DNA of 64,000 nucleotides, taken from positions 1-64,000 of the forward strand of contig MCFE01000496.1 of NCBI GenBank assembly GCA_002104905.1. Direction: 5' to 3'. Below the pieces are notes generated by a model. It ran no database searches, was not told the DNA's origin, and saw nothing but the letters and a program-made list of their open reading frames with translations. Each line of letters starts with the position of its first letter. Position 1 is the stretch's first letter. Positions 1 to 10,379 of this stretch are shown here, in pieces. A program made the translations under genes and the position numbers. Source of the stretch: Basidiobolus meristosporus CBS 931.73. Lineage: Eukaryota; Fungi; Basidiobolomycota.

Positions 1-496
1 GTCTCCCTACTCTTGCCTTCATATTGCTTTTTTCCCTGTTTTTGGCACTTTCATGTTGCCCTGAGTATTCTCTACAGCTCAGCTCAAAACCACCATATAT
101 GTAGAGATTCTTGTGGTCACTAGCACAGCTGTTGCCAATTAAAATCACCCCTTTGGCTGCCTCTGTAGTTGATATGTTGTCTGGAGTTGGGAGAACTGTC
201 ACTGTGATGTCTTCATCACCGTGTAGATCTGCAAGGTGAATCATTTGAACCTTTGAGCTGGGCTCATAGAGTACTCCACGGCCGGATGTTTCTTCAGCTA
301 TACGCTCATCATAAGGCGGGGATATTTTGCTGTCTTGAAAGTGCTCAACAGAATACCCTCCATATAATAGCAAGTATCTCATAGACGGGGTAATTGTCAT
401 TGAGCAATAGCTGTGTTTTGTTACGCCTGCCACCGTCACCAGGTAAACGCCAAAATTTTTCCGATGCTCCTTGTAACTGCTGGCTTCTAATGCCAT
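1..496 (-). CDS. Partial ORF with kelch/beta-propeller-like repeats; runs off the left end (frame open from about 581)
   Basis: Manual translation from ATG at 496: MALEASSYKEHRKNFGVYLVTVAGVTKHSYCSMTITPSMRYLLLYGGYSVEH...GNSCASDHKNLYIYGGFELS... with no stop before base 1, which is why it is absent from the ORF track. Two HS/NS...hhhYGG motifs resemble kelch blades. Confidence 0.5.
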   Translation of the reverse strand, partial: MALEASSYKEHRKNFGVYLVTVAGVTKHSYCSMTITPSMRYLLLYGGYSVEHFQDSKISPPYDERIAEETSGRGVLYEPSSKVQMIHLADLHGDEDITVTVLPTPDNISTTEAAKGVILIGNSCASDHKNLYIYGGFELSCREYSGQHESAKNREKSNMKARVGR

Positions 497-687
497 TGGG
501 ATAGGGATACAACAACTGCTGCGTGATTTATGTGACGGTGAATACTTGATAATACACCACAACTTGAAAGCTCTTAAGTACTACATACTTTACATATATT
601 AGTCTGTAAATTGTCAATCTTATCAGTTCAACTTATTACTTGTCAATTCATTGATTTGGGATGGTGGAAATTCTTTATTTACTCAAG

Positions 688-2185
688 TTAGCCAGAGGAT
701 GGCGGTGGTGATGGGGGCACAGATAGTGATGATGGGGGAAGTGATAGCGATGAATCAACCTGTGGTATTTTTAAGATGACAATATGACTTGGTCTCTCCG
801 CCTCCATTACAGTTTCTGGTTGGCCTATAGTATCCCCACTCTGCTTCTCCACGTCTTCTTTGCACACTTCCATATCAACCTGCATGGGGGCCATTCTCAT
901 TGTTGTGGAGGATTCTGCTCTTGTCTCTTGGCTTGTGGTAGGTTCAAGGGAGGAAGTAGTATACCCTCCAATACTGTTGCTTGCAGGTACACCTGGGTCG
1001 GAAGATGTACCCTGCTCATTGCCTGCCCTGATGCGGGCAAACTTTTCCACCATTTGTGCTACTAATGCCTCAGTAGAATGGTGGAAACTGAAATCAATCT
1101 GGGCTTGAAGTCCAGCAATATCCCGATTTAGCTTTACAATATCACCCCTCCTCTGTTTAATCTCCTGGCACATATGTCGCAATATCTCATGGTGCGATGT
1201 TGTCCTATATTCCAGAAGCTCTTGTCAAACCTCTGACAATGCTTGGGAAACTTGGTTGACCGGCCACCTGGTAATGACTACAGCAACTTGCTCAGCATCA
1301 TCCACGTTTGCTGCAACACCTCCTTCACGCTCCTCTTGGATTTGGCCACTTCCTTGCCCTCTTCCTCCTCCGCGCCCGGTTCCGCGTCCTCTTCCGCGTC
1401 CTTGTCCCCTTCCTTGCTCTCTTTGTACTCTACCTTCACTCCTGGCATCTACCCGCCTACTGCCTGCTTCCATGCTTCTTGTTTTTTATGAAGGATTATG
1501 TCTACTTTCTCCACTTTTATACTCATTTGGATGATGTTGGTGGCCCATTCATCATATCTTTCCTTTGAGGTTACTGAGCTGCTTGCTCCTACGTAACATC
1601 CATCTAGCCAGTATTTGAATCATTTGATGTACACATAAGTTAACTTTATTCTGTTCTTATTAACACCCTTTTATTTTATTAAAATGCAAAACTACATTGG
1701 CAAAATTATTTGGTTTCTGTAATTGTCAATTCTTGTTCCGTCTCTTGGCTGTGCAACTGTTTCTCTACCTGATCTAAGAAGTGATGCAATTGACTATCAC
1801 TAAATTTATCAGTCTCTGCCTGATTCTCCTTCATACGCTTATAATCCAAATAAGCCACTTGGTGTACTTTATAGTGAGGCAAAGAAGAACTAAGCTGAAG
1901 TTTGTTTTGGAACTGCTCAATTGCATTGGTTTGTTTTCTCCTCAGGACAACTGAGTCATCTGCCAATTTTTTCCGAGTTTTCTCCAGGTATTTGGGACTT
2001 CCAAAGGTACCACTACCAGAACTGGTAATTGTACTGCTCTTGTTGCCGCAATCTTTGTCTATAATAGACTCTTGGTCTTCCTTTGGAGCGCAAGGACTGC
2101 TATGGTAGAGGCAGCTTCCTCTTTTGGTCTTGATCCCCAAGTAGCGGTCCTTAAGCTTTCCCCTCATGACTTGTTTATTGTCCAT
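688..2185 (-). pseudogene. Disrupted ORF chain of unknown product (GRGRG-rich segment, coiled-coil-like helix, Pro/Ser tail), probably transposon-borne
   Basis: ORFs 1225-1473 and 688-1182 are in one frame, separated only by an in-frame TGA (1225-1227). An upstream piece (ERYDEWATNIIQ...LHKK) joins via a 1-nt shift in an A6 run. ORF 1706-2185 lies upstream on the same strand. Confidence 0.45.
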
Positions 2186-2625
2186 GTTGGTGCTCTACTC
2201 AGTGGAGTGTCAGTGAGTGCTGTTTAACTACTAGTTGTTCTCTTCTGTCCTGTAGATTTATATTACTTTCATATACACTTACTTCATCACATTTCACTTT
2301 CACCTCTCTTGTGACTGTACTCTGATTTCATTCCTTGACGGCTAGACAAAACCAAGGCCACCGCATATTGGGTGCAGTGGTTTAGTGATCAAAGTGCAAG
2401 CTATTGATGCTAATATTGATTTTGAGCATATTGTCTAGGAATATCTTGGAACCAACTAGAGTAAATAGTTACTCAATAATTCACATAGTACCACTATTTG
2501 CGCATCAATACTTGCTAACAACAAAGCAATGCTTTTCAATAATGTTCCATTCCCACGTGGCTGTTTGTTGATGGTCCGTACAATACACAAGTGAGCGTTT
2601 AAAGTAAGCATCCACACTACTTTCT

Positions 2626-3360
2626 GGGGGTATGGTTACCACACACTATAAAAGTGCGTTAGGGACTCATGTAAAACTATCATGATGAAAAATAAAAGCA
2701 CTTTATTACCGCACGGCTGATGATTGATAACTCCCGCTAGACACAAGTAAACGTAGCAAGTGGGTATCCTTAAAACCTGTTGGGGTATGGTTACCGTGCA
2801 CTATGAAAGTGTGTTAGGGACTCATGTAAAACTATCATGATGAAAAATAAAAGCACTTTATTACCGCGCGGCTGATGATTGATAACTCCTGCTAGACACA
2901 AGTAAACGTAGCAAGTGGGTATCCTTAAAACCTGTTGGGGTATGGTTACCGCGCACTATAAAAGTGCGTTAGGGACTCATGTAAAACTATCATGATGAAA
3001 AATAAAAGCACTTTATTACCGCGCGGCTGATGATTGATAACTCCCGCTAGACACAAGTAAACGTAGCAAGTGGGTATCCTTAAAACCTGTTGGGGTATGG
3101 TTACCGCGCACTATGAAAGTGCGTTAAGGACTCATGTAAAACTATCATGATGAAAAATAAAAGCATTTCAGTATTGCACGGCTGATGATTGATGGCTCCC
3201 GCTAGACACAAGTAGATGTAGCTAGTGGACATCCTTAAAACCTGTTGGGGTATGGCTACTGCGTACTTTCAAAGTGCGTTAGGAGCTCATGTAAAACAAT
3301 CATGATGAAAAATAAAAGCACTTTTGTACCACGTGGCTAAGTTTTACAATTCCCGCAGGA
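2626..3360. repeat. 155-bp tandem array, about 4.7 copies, with a degenerate copy upstream (about 2470-2625)
   Basis: TATGG(T/C)TAC recurs at 2631, 2786, 2941, 3096 and 3251 (exact 155 spacing). Copies 1-3 are nearly identical; the late part of copy 4 and copy 5 are diverged. Confidence 0.97.
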
Positions 3361-3854
3361 TACATGTGCGCATAGAACATAAGTAGTAGTTGCAATGGTG
3401 TCAAATAGAGTTTCTATTATAGCTATAATATATATTGAACTTTGGGATACACTTTATATTTGGTAAAAGCAATTGGGTTACAGAAAATTTGTATTGGCCA
3501 TGAATTTTTTTATCATATTAGGGCCGCGCAATTTATGGTGCCCAAAGCTTATCAAAATATGGGATTGTGGCCAGATTGGGATGAATCCCATTAATTATTA
3601 GATATACATTAAAAGTAACAATTTATTAATTAAATAGTCATCAAGACTTATACAGAGCATATGGACAGTATAGGGAGACAAATATTGGCTCAGACATGCC
3701 CACTATATGAGCAGACAATGTGCCAATTGTAGGGTAAAAATATTTATGGTTAGGGTGATAAGGGTTAGGAGGAGGAATTCTAACCCTAAGGGACTAGAAC
3801 CAAGAATGAGAGAAAAGTAATCCAACGGGAATTTAAAGAGTATGGGAGCAGTAT

Positions 3855-3923
3855 GGGGGATTGCATCCCCCAAGCCCCTTGCTTTTTTATTCTCTAGGGG
3901 ACTGCATCCCCCAGACCCCCTGC
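3855..3923. other. Pair of G/C hairpins GGGGGATTGCATCCCCC and GGGGACTGCATCCCC(CAGACCCCC)
   Basis: Directly visible inverted repeats at 3855-3871 and 3897-3911, each followed by a CCCC run; function unknown. Confidence 0.6.
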
Positions 3924-4362
3924 TCTTCTAACCTTTTCCTAGCCCTTACTATAACACGTACACCCAAAACTTCAAAAAGCTGAGAAACCAAGACTACTGG
4001 CTCAGGACCATCTAAGATCTATGTGGCAGAGCTACTTACAAGTCCACACACCTTTCCTACTACACCTAATTCCAGGCTGGGTTCCAGTCTTGGATTATAT
4101 TGATCAGAAACATCTACAATTTGTACTTCCCCAAAACCCCTGAAATTTATATTTACCCCTGATGAGCTTCACTTTATTGAAACAAACATTAGAGATGAAA
4201 CAAAACATAAATTAGATTACTTATTAGAGAGGTTCTACACCTCTTAATTGGCTTCTTTATTTGTACTTAGATTAGTTCTTAACTCAAATAAAGATTTCAC
4301 CAACTTGGTGACTTTCCCTCCCCTAACCCTTACTAATTATAGCCGCCAATAACCTAGAAACA

Positions 4363-5645
4363 TTGGAAGAGACTAAATCCAGCCTATCTAAGGAGTTCAA
4401 GATGTCCAATCTAGGAGAACTTAATTACTACTTAGGGATTAAGTTCTCCATAGACAGAAGTACCCAGACTATCACCCTAAGCCAATCCAAGTATATTCAA
4501 GATATACTAAAGAAGTACCAAATGGAAGACTGTAAGTCGGCAGCTACCCTAATGGAGACAAATCTTAACTTGGTCAAAACCCAACCAAATCAAGAGAGCT
4601 TGGTGCCATCTGAAAGCCCTGACTTTCCTTATCAATCTATGGTCGGCAATCTGATGTATATCATGCTTGGAACATGTCCAGATATCTTATATTCAGCAGG
4701 AGTTGTCAGCCAACATAATCAGAACTATGGATCTGATCATATTGCAGCAGTTAAGCAGATTTTTAGATACCTGAAAGGAACTGCTGATATCTGCTTAAGA
4801 TACACTTATAAGGATTCAGAACAGAATCTTGTGGGATACTCTGATGCTGATTGGGGATGAAATTTAGATGACAGAAGATCCACCACAGGATACACCTTTC
4901 TTTACTATAAAGGAGCAACTTCATGGAATTCAAGAAAGCAACCAACCATAGCACTTTCCACCACAGAGGCAGAGTATATGGCAGCCTGTGAAGCTACAAA
5001 AGAAGCAATGTGGTTAAGAAAACTTTTTACAGATTTAGGCCTATGTCAAAAAATGCCTATTACTTTATTTCAAGATAATCAAGGATGTATACAATTAGGT
5101 AGATATCCAACTTTTCATGCTAGTACCAAGCACATAGATATTAGACATCATTTCATACATGAAGCTATAGAGAATAACTTAGTTAGCTTAGTTTACTGTC
5201 CTACAGATGAAATGATTGCAGACATATTTACCAAACCATTAGCTAGAGACAAGTTTGAATATCTTAGGTCAAAATTAGGACTAGTCAGTATGAACATTTA
5301 GCTGAGTGGGAGTGTTGTAAAAATTTGTATTTCCACCTAAATATTCACCTAACTTAGTCACTTGGATCATCACCTTCAAATCCTAGAGAATACTGACAAC
5401 AATTCCTTGTTGGGATTTACTTAGAATATTTACCCAGAACATGAAAATTAGATATGTTGACCAAGCAGCCCCAAACTTTGCACACATATTCTTGGGACCT
5501 TCCTTAATCTATTCTATGTGTTTGTAATGCCAAGACCAGGTAAAAGTATAAGTACTACTTTTACATTCAATAAATCATTAAGTGAAAACCACATAATCTA
5601 CTTGTTCTCCCAATCACTTCCAATATCTGAAAGACTCTTACAACA
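4363..5645 (+). mobile_element. 5'-truncated Ty1/copia retrotransposon: RT C-terminus, RNase H, PPT and 3' LTR
   Basis: EFKMSNLGELNYYLGI, YQSMVGNLMY, GYSDADWG, TKHIDIRHHFI and ADIFTKPL motifs; one premature TGA at 4858-4860; PPT GAGTGGGAG (5304-5312); LTR TGTTGTAA...TTACAACA at 5313-5645. Confidence 0.95.
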
Positions 5646-5927
5646 AGAATATCACTGAGAGGTCTTAGAGAATATTCAGCAATTTCCTTGTCAGGATTAA
5701 CTTCAAATGTCTTTCACCAGGACATAAAATTTTGATGGTTTGTCCAAGCAGCCCACATCTTGCACACATGCTCCAGGGGCCTTTTTAAATATATTCCAAG
5801 TGCTTGTTTTGCCAAGACCATGTCAAAGTATAAATACTACTTTTACATTGAATAAATCATTAAGTGAAAACCACATAGTCTACTTGTTCTCCCAAACACT
5901 TCCAATATCTCCAAAACTCTTACAAAA
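5646..5927 (+). repeat. Older partial LTR of the same copia family abutting the 3' LTR
   Basis: Contains LTR blocks GCCAAGACCATGTCAAAGTATAAATACTACTTTTACATT and CACTTCCAATATCTCCAAAACTCTTACA; lacks the 5' part. Confidence 0.85.
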
Positions 5928-7712
5928 TGTGGCACTATGCTTGGCAAGAATGATGGAATAAGTCTATTGAGCTCCCCAATATCAAGAGCCAAAGGTGATA
6001 ACAGTAGCTATCAAGTGTGCATATTCTATATCAAATCTATACACCAGTCCAAGATTTACACACACCATATGATGGCTCTATGTCATTTCCAAGCCCCCAA
6101 ATCAATACAATCCTAGTCATTCAGATGTTTAGTATTGCATTTAAATCATTAAGAAGTTGGTGTCTAGGGATTTGGAATTATTTTTTTAGGAAATTCACCT
6201 ATTCTTTGAAATTGAAATAGAGTAGAGCCCTGGTACCAACTGCATTAATGGGTTTGGAGGGCAAAGTTCGAAGTACTTGGCATTATTCCGCTACATTTGG
6301 AGAACTGGGTCAATCAACAGGAATCAAATTAATATCGCATTAGGGATCTCTACTGCGCAGTGCAAAATGGGGAAAACTTAGTCCTCTGGCAACAAGCATG
6401 GTAGTGTTTTTCGATACATCTCCACAACAGCTTCATTCTCCAGATCTATCCAAATATCGCACTAAGCGCACTGCCAACCCATGTTAGGATGTCAAGAAGC
6501 TTCCATATGAGACAGCCACATTACGGGCTCATGATAGCTTGATCAGAATCCATGACAATCAATTTGAGGAACGTTCTCCCACTTGGCACTCTTTTCATCA
6601 GAGAATGATCCGCTTCGCACTCTGTTTCACGGAAAATGAAAATCATTACCGCGGGTCACAACAGCTCATGCGTCTGCTCTGCATAAGGTATTATATTAAT
6701 GTTTCCCTTGCTTGGTTCGGACGGGTACCACTCTATTTATATCGGCTGAGTGCCCCGGTTGAGACTGACTCGTAAGTGATTTCGAAATGACTTGGAATCA
6801 TGTGGTCAGGGCTGAGCAACTGTTGTATCCGCTATCCTCCACAATCAATCCCTGTAAATAATTAACCCCTTTATGGAATAATAGGATACGCAATCGAAGC
6901 GAAATAGAAATCTCTTAATCGCACCATATCTTGACTGCCATCGAGGCTAGGTTGGCTAGTTTCCATACTGGACAATTCATGATTTTCGGCGCTGCTGGAT
7001 GCTTAATTCCCTAGCTTATTCGTGAGGTTGTTAAGAATCGTACATTCTCCATTTGGGCCCGTGACCGCACTTACATTAGATTAGATCCATTATCCCTGAA
7101 AGAATGTGCAGAGCCAACCCGCCCATCGTTGCATGGATCCATGGGGCTCGATTATCCCAGACTCCATTGTGGACGCGAGAACAGCCATCCCCGCTCAAGA
7201 AGTACTCTAGAGCAGTGCGCGGACCACAGGCAGGACTGTTGATGGAGGGATTCAATCCGCTTTCCTAGTATTTGCTCTCCAGCCCTCTGGTGACACCTTA
7301 CGTCGTTTGGTACACAAACAACTGCATTCATAGGGTCACCATCTCATATTGAGAGTATTTATAGACCACCTACCACAGCCATCCGATAGATTTGGATCCT
7401 AGTCAAAGCCAATTATTTCATTGGAGTGCAAAACACTCCAATTGCAAAGGGGCGGAGTAGGATCAATTATGGACGCATCTATAAGAGGCGATTATTGTTT
7501 TAAATGGCAATTAGCCAATTGGCTCCGCTCTTGGCAGTATATATACGTAGCGAGTGGCTGCCAAACCATCAGTACTTGTACAATTCATTGCATTATTCGC
7601 GCCTCACTGCCGATTTCCGTCTCCAGGCCCTCTCTGCGCAATTCCCCAACTTGCAGCCACACCCTCCAATTTTTAGGACACCTCACCCTCACTTCGCTTG
7701 ACACATCTTCTG

Positions 7713-8511
7713 ATGATGTTGCATAGAAACTTCCTCCTTCCGTTTTTGGCCACCTTTCTATATCTCTCTCCGTCTCTGGCCCAAGACAGTAGGTCTTTCC
7801 TTGCTGTATTCTCCTAGCCCACTGTTAACGCGATTTGTTGCTTCCGTAGCGTCTAGTGTCTCAAATGTGACTCCCACACCAACTGCACCAGGTAGCTCCT
7901 CCAGCAATGGGGGCGCAACACTTTCAAGCAATCCCAGCAGCTCGGTGAGAGAACCAAGCCCGGCCTCTAGCTCGGGGACTGGCTCGGCTTCTGCCACTGG
8001 GTCCGGCAGCAGCTCTAGTCCCTCTCCCACCAGCATCGATGGACAGCCTGGTCGCCTAACACTGACTGAGCCAGCCGTAACTTATCCCAATGTACCCATG
8101 CTCAAGATTGGCGCCCAAATCCAACTCAAATGGACCTTCAACCAGTATCTTACCATCCCCCCTCAAGCCTTGAATATCAACGTAGTCCGGCCGAGCCTTA
8201 ACCTTGAAATCCCCATTGCTGTGAATCTTACTGGAACCACCACTTCGTGGATTTGGGACACCACTACATGGAATCAAACCAATGCACCGTTGGTAGAAGG
8301 TTCTGACTATAGCTTTAGATTCTTCGACGAGCGTGGCCCAAAGGCCGACTGGGTAGCCGGGAGACTAGCCATGACCCAGATATCCTTTAAGATGTATATT
8401 CCCGCAAACGGCCCGGTGTGTACGGCATGCTTGTCGTCAGCAGTCACGCAGCAAGGCAGTACAGCCTTCGCTGGGGCTCTCTCTATCCTTGCATTGGCAA
8501 CGCTGCTTTAA
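7713..8511 (+). CDS. Secreted, probably GPI-anchored surface protein: Ser/Thr/Gly stalk plus beta-sandwich domain (DUF7137-like)
   Basis: Exon 1 (7713-7788) encodes a signal peptide MMLHRNFLLPFLATFLYLSPSLAQD. A GTAGGT...TAG intron at 7789-7849 joins in frame to ORF 7801-8511. Hydrophobic C-terminus AFAGALSILALATLL* after a small-residue site. Confidence 0.85.
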
Positions 8512-8902
8512 TAGAACCCAATCTCCCAACTGAATATTTTCCGCTATAGCATTCAGACCTAGTTACCATCGAGTCTTCGTTTGACTTTTGGATCTCAATA
8601 AAAACACGCCATTCAACTTGTCCGTAAGCCATCCCGGCGTTTCCTGTATCAATAAGGACCATGGCATTTGTATTTTCTCAGGAGCCATGCAATTTGGTTG
8701 CATAGGAATGCACATAGTTGTGCGGTCACCATGCAACCCAGTTGGGTGCGCCATTGTGATCATCAAGGTGGTACAAGGATTTGTTCTATTCATGGTGGCG
8801 ATTTTTCCAATGCCAACCTGATGGTAGAAATAGTCCAGGCTTGCCACCCAACCCGGTTGCTAAAGTCGTCATCTCGTACTCTTGCACTCCAACCTTTCAC
8901 AA

Positions 8903-10270
8903 ATGCTCAAAGAGAAACTCTACAATATTCTTCGCAGTATCGCAACAATATTTTGGCTTCATGGTCCATATGTTCAAATATTCCTGGCAGCGCTTTTGTT
9001 TTCAGGCTACACTCAACTAACTTTGATTATTGAAACGTCCAACAACACTTTTTCAAGATACTTCGAGACAGTTTTGCACAAATCCTTCTGGCAGAATACC
9101 CTGCTGGGCATAGGTGGAGTATTTAGTGGTATTATACTCAATGTTCTAGATATCCGGAAAAGCCTCATTATCTCTGGTTTCTCTTTGCTTCTTTACTCCG
9201 CCAGCCACCTGAGCTATACACTTTGGGGGCAGAGTTGGTGTGTTTTCTTAGGATATCTCTGCTTTTCCTTTGGATGCGCATTAGCCTGGACCACTGTTGG
9301 CACCGTTCTTTCCACCTATCCAACGCAAGACCAATTGGGCAAAATAATTGGTTTATTCTTCGTTGTAGCCAACACATTCGAATTGGTTGGCATGGTGTTG
9401 AGGGGGCTTTTCCAGAATTCTTTCGACAACCAAGGAAACATCAAGGTGTCTGTTTGGACTTACAGGCTACTTGGCCTGTTAGGCGTAAGCAGCATATGCA
9501 GTCTACTAATCTCTCCCAGTAAGCGGATTACACGCTGGAACGAAAGTAAACCTAGAAGCTTTGTGAAAAGAACCTTCAAAGAGAGCTTTCTTGTGATGGG
9601 AAAGGATTTTCTCTCGGTAGATGGATTGCTCGTTCTGACAAATCTATTCCTGTGGCATCTTCAGAAGTCAAGTGAAAGGATGTTCCTTGGCGAGAGCCTA
9701 GACAGCCCACAATTGACTACGTATGCAGGCCTTTTGCTACTCTTTAGAACATTGGGAACCATACTGGTTCTTTTTCCTTTCGGCTTCATTTTGGATACGT
9801 GGTTCACAAGACGCGTAAGAGGCGTGCTTGGCCTCGCTGTACTAGCACCACTTGGAACATGGGTTCTCGTCAACCAAACTCAGTTGCTAAAATACTTTAC
9901 AGTGGAAGAAGAAATCAACGTTCATGTGCTTGCCTTGTTTGGAGGCATAGGTGCCTTCAGCTCACTACTCACCATGTACATCATATGGATCATTGGGCAA
10001 TCAAGTGATGACCCATCCACTGTGTCGTCCTATTTTGGTGCTTCGATCACTCTTCAAATCATCTGCGAAGTGGTCCTAAAATCCATCCCCAAGGTTGCGA
10101 CCCATAGCATCTTTACTTGGTCGGTGTTGGTGGCCCTGTTGATTTCCCTGTCATCCACACTATATTACCTCACTCAACCTAGTCACATATACACACCGCT
10201 ATCCACCGATCCTGCCTTGGCTGAGCACGAGATCTCGACAGAGAGTCTGAATCCAGCGGAAGAAGCTTGA
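8903..10270 (+). CDS. UNC-93-like MFS membrane protein
   Basis: Multiple hydrophobic helices; FGCALAWTTVGTVLSTYPTQDQLGKIIGLFF matches the UNC-93 pattern GxGxxLxWxxxGxxxxxYPxxxxxG. First ATG in the ORF is at 8903. Confidence 0.75.
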   Translation: MLKEKLYNILRSIATIFWLHGPYVQIFLAALLFSGYTQLTLIIETSNNTFSRYFETVLHKSFWQNTLLGIGGVFSGIILNVLDIRKSLIISGFSLLLYSASHLSYTLWGQSWCVFLGYLCFSFGCALAWTTVGTVLSTYPTQDQLGKIIGLFFVVANTFELVGMVLRGLFQNSFDNQGNIKVSVWTYRLLGLLGVSSICSLLISPSKRITRWNESKPRSFVKRTFKESFLVMGKDFLSVDGLLVLTNLFLWHLQKSSERMFLGESLDSPQLTTYAGLLLLFRTLGTILVLFPFGFILDTWFTRRVRGVLGLAVLAPLGTWVLVNQTQLLKYFTVEEEINVHVLALFGGIGAFSSLLTMYIIWIIGQSSDDPSTVSSYFGASITLQIICEVVLKSIPKVATHSIFTWSVLVALLISLSSTLYYLTQPSHIYTPLSTDPALAEHEISTESLNPAEEA

Positions 10271-10379
10271 CATATTAGCAATGGCTTTATTATTTAGGCT
10301 TGAGACTCTTGTCATCTTTGTACCACACAACACATTAAAAACACCGGGTTAACAAAAGCAGTCGAAGTCAAAGGCAGTA

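Noticed and set aside
2626-3360. CRISPR-like array
   Set aside because: Whole 155-bp units are repeated with no unique spacers; the context is eukaryotic and no cas genes are present.
3855-3945. Helitron 3' end (hairpin plus CTRR)
   Set aside because: The nearest CTAG is about 28 nt from the hairpin and is followed by C rather than T.
4159-4183. Hammerhead ribozyme core CTGATGAG...GAAAC
   Set aside because: A 5-bp stem III can be drawn with TTTGTA at about 4120-4125, but stems I and II do not pair; probably chance.
3748-4335. Interstitial telomere (TTAGGG/CCCTAA words; also near 42478)
   Set aside because: Only isolated 1-2 unit words in mixed orientation.
3950-4345. Possible LINE 3' end (WIILIRNIYNLYF-like peptide, AATAAA)
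   Set aside because: Too short and frameshifted, with no RT or endonuclease motif and no poly(A) tail.
7132-7143. 12-bp perfect palindrome CATGGATCCATG
   Set aside because: Palindromes of this length are expected many times by chance in 64 kb.
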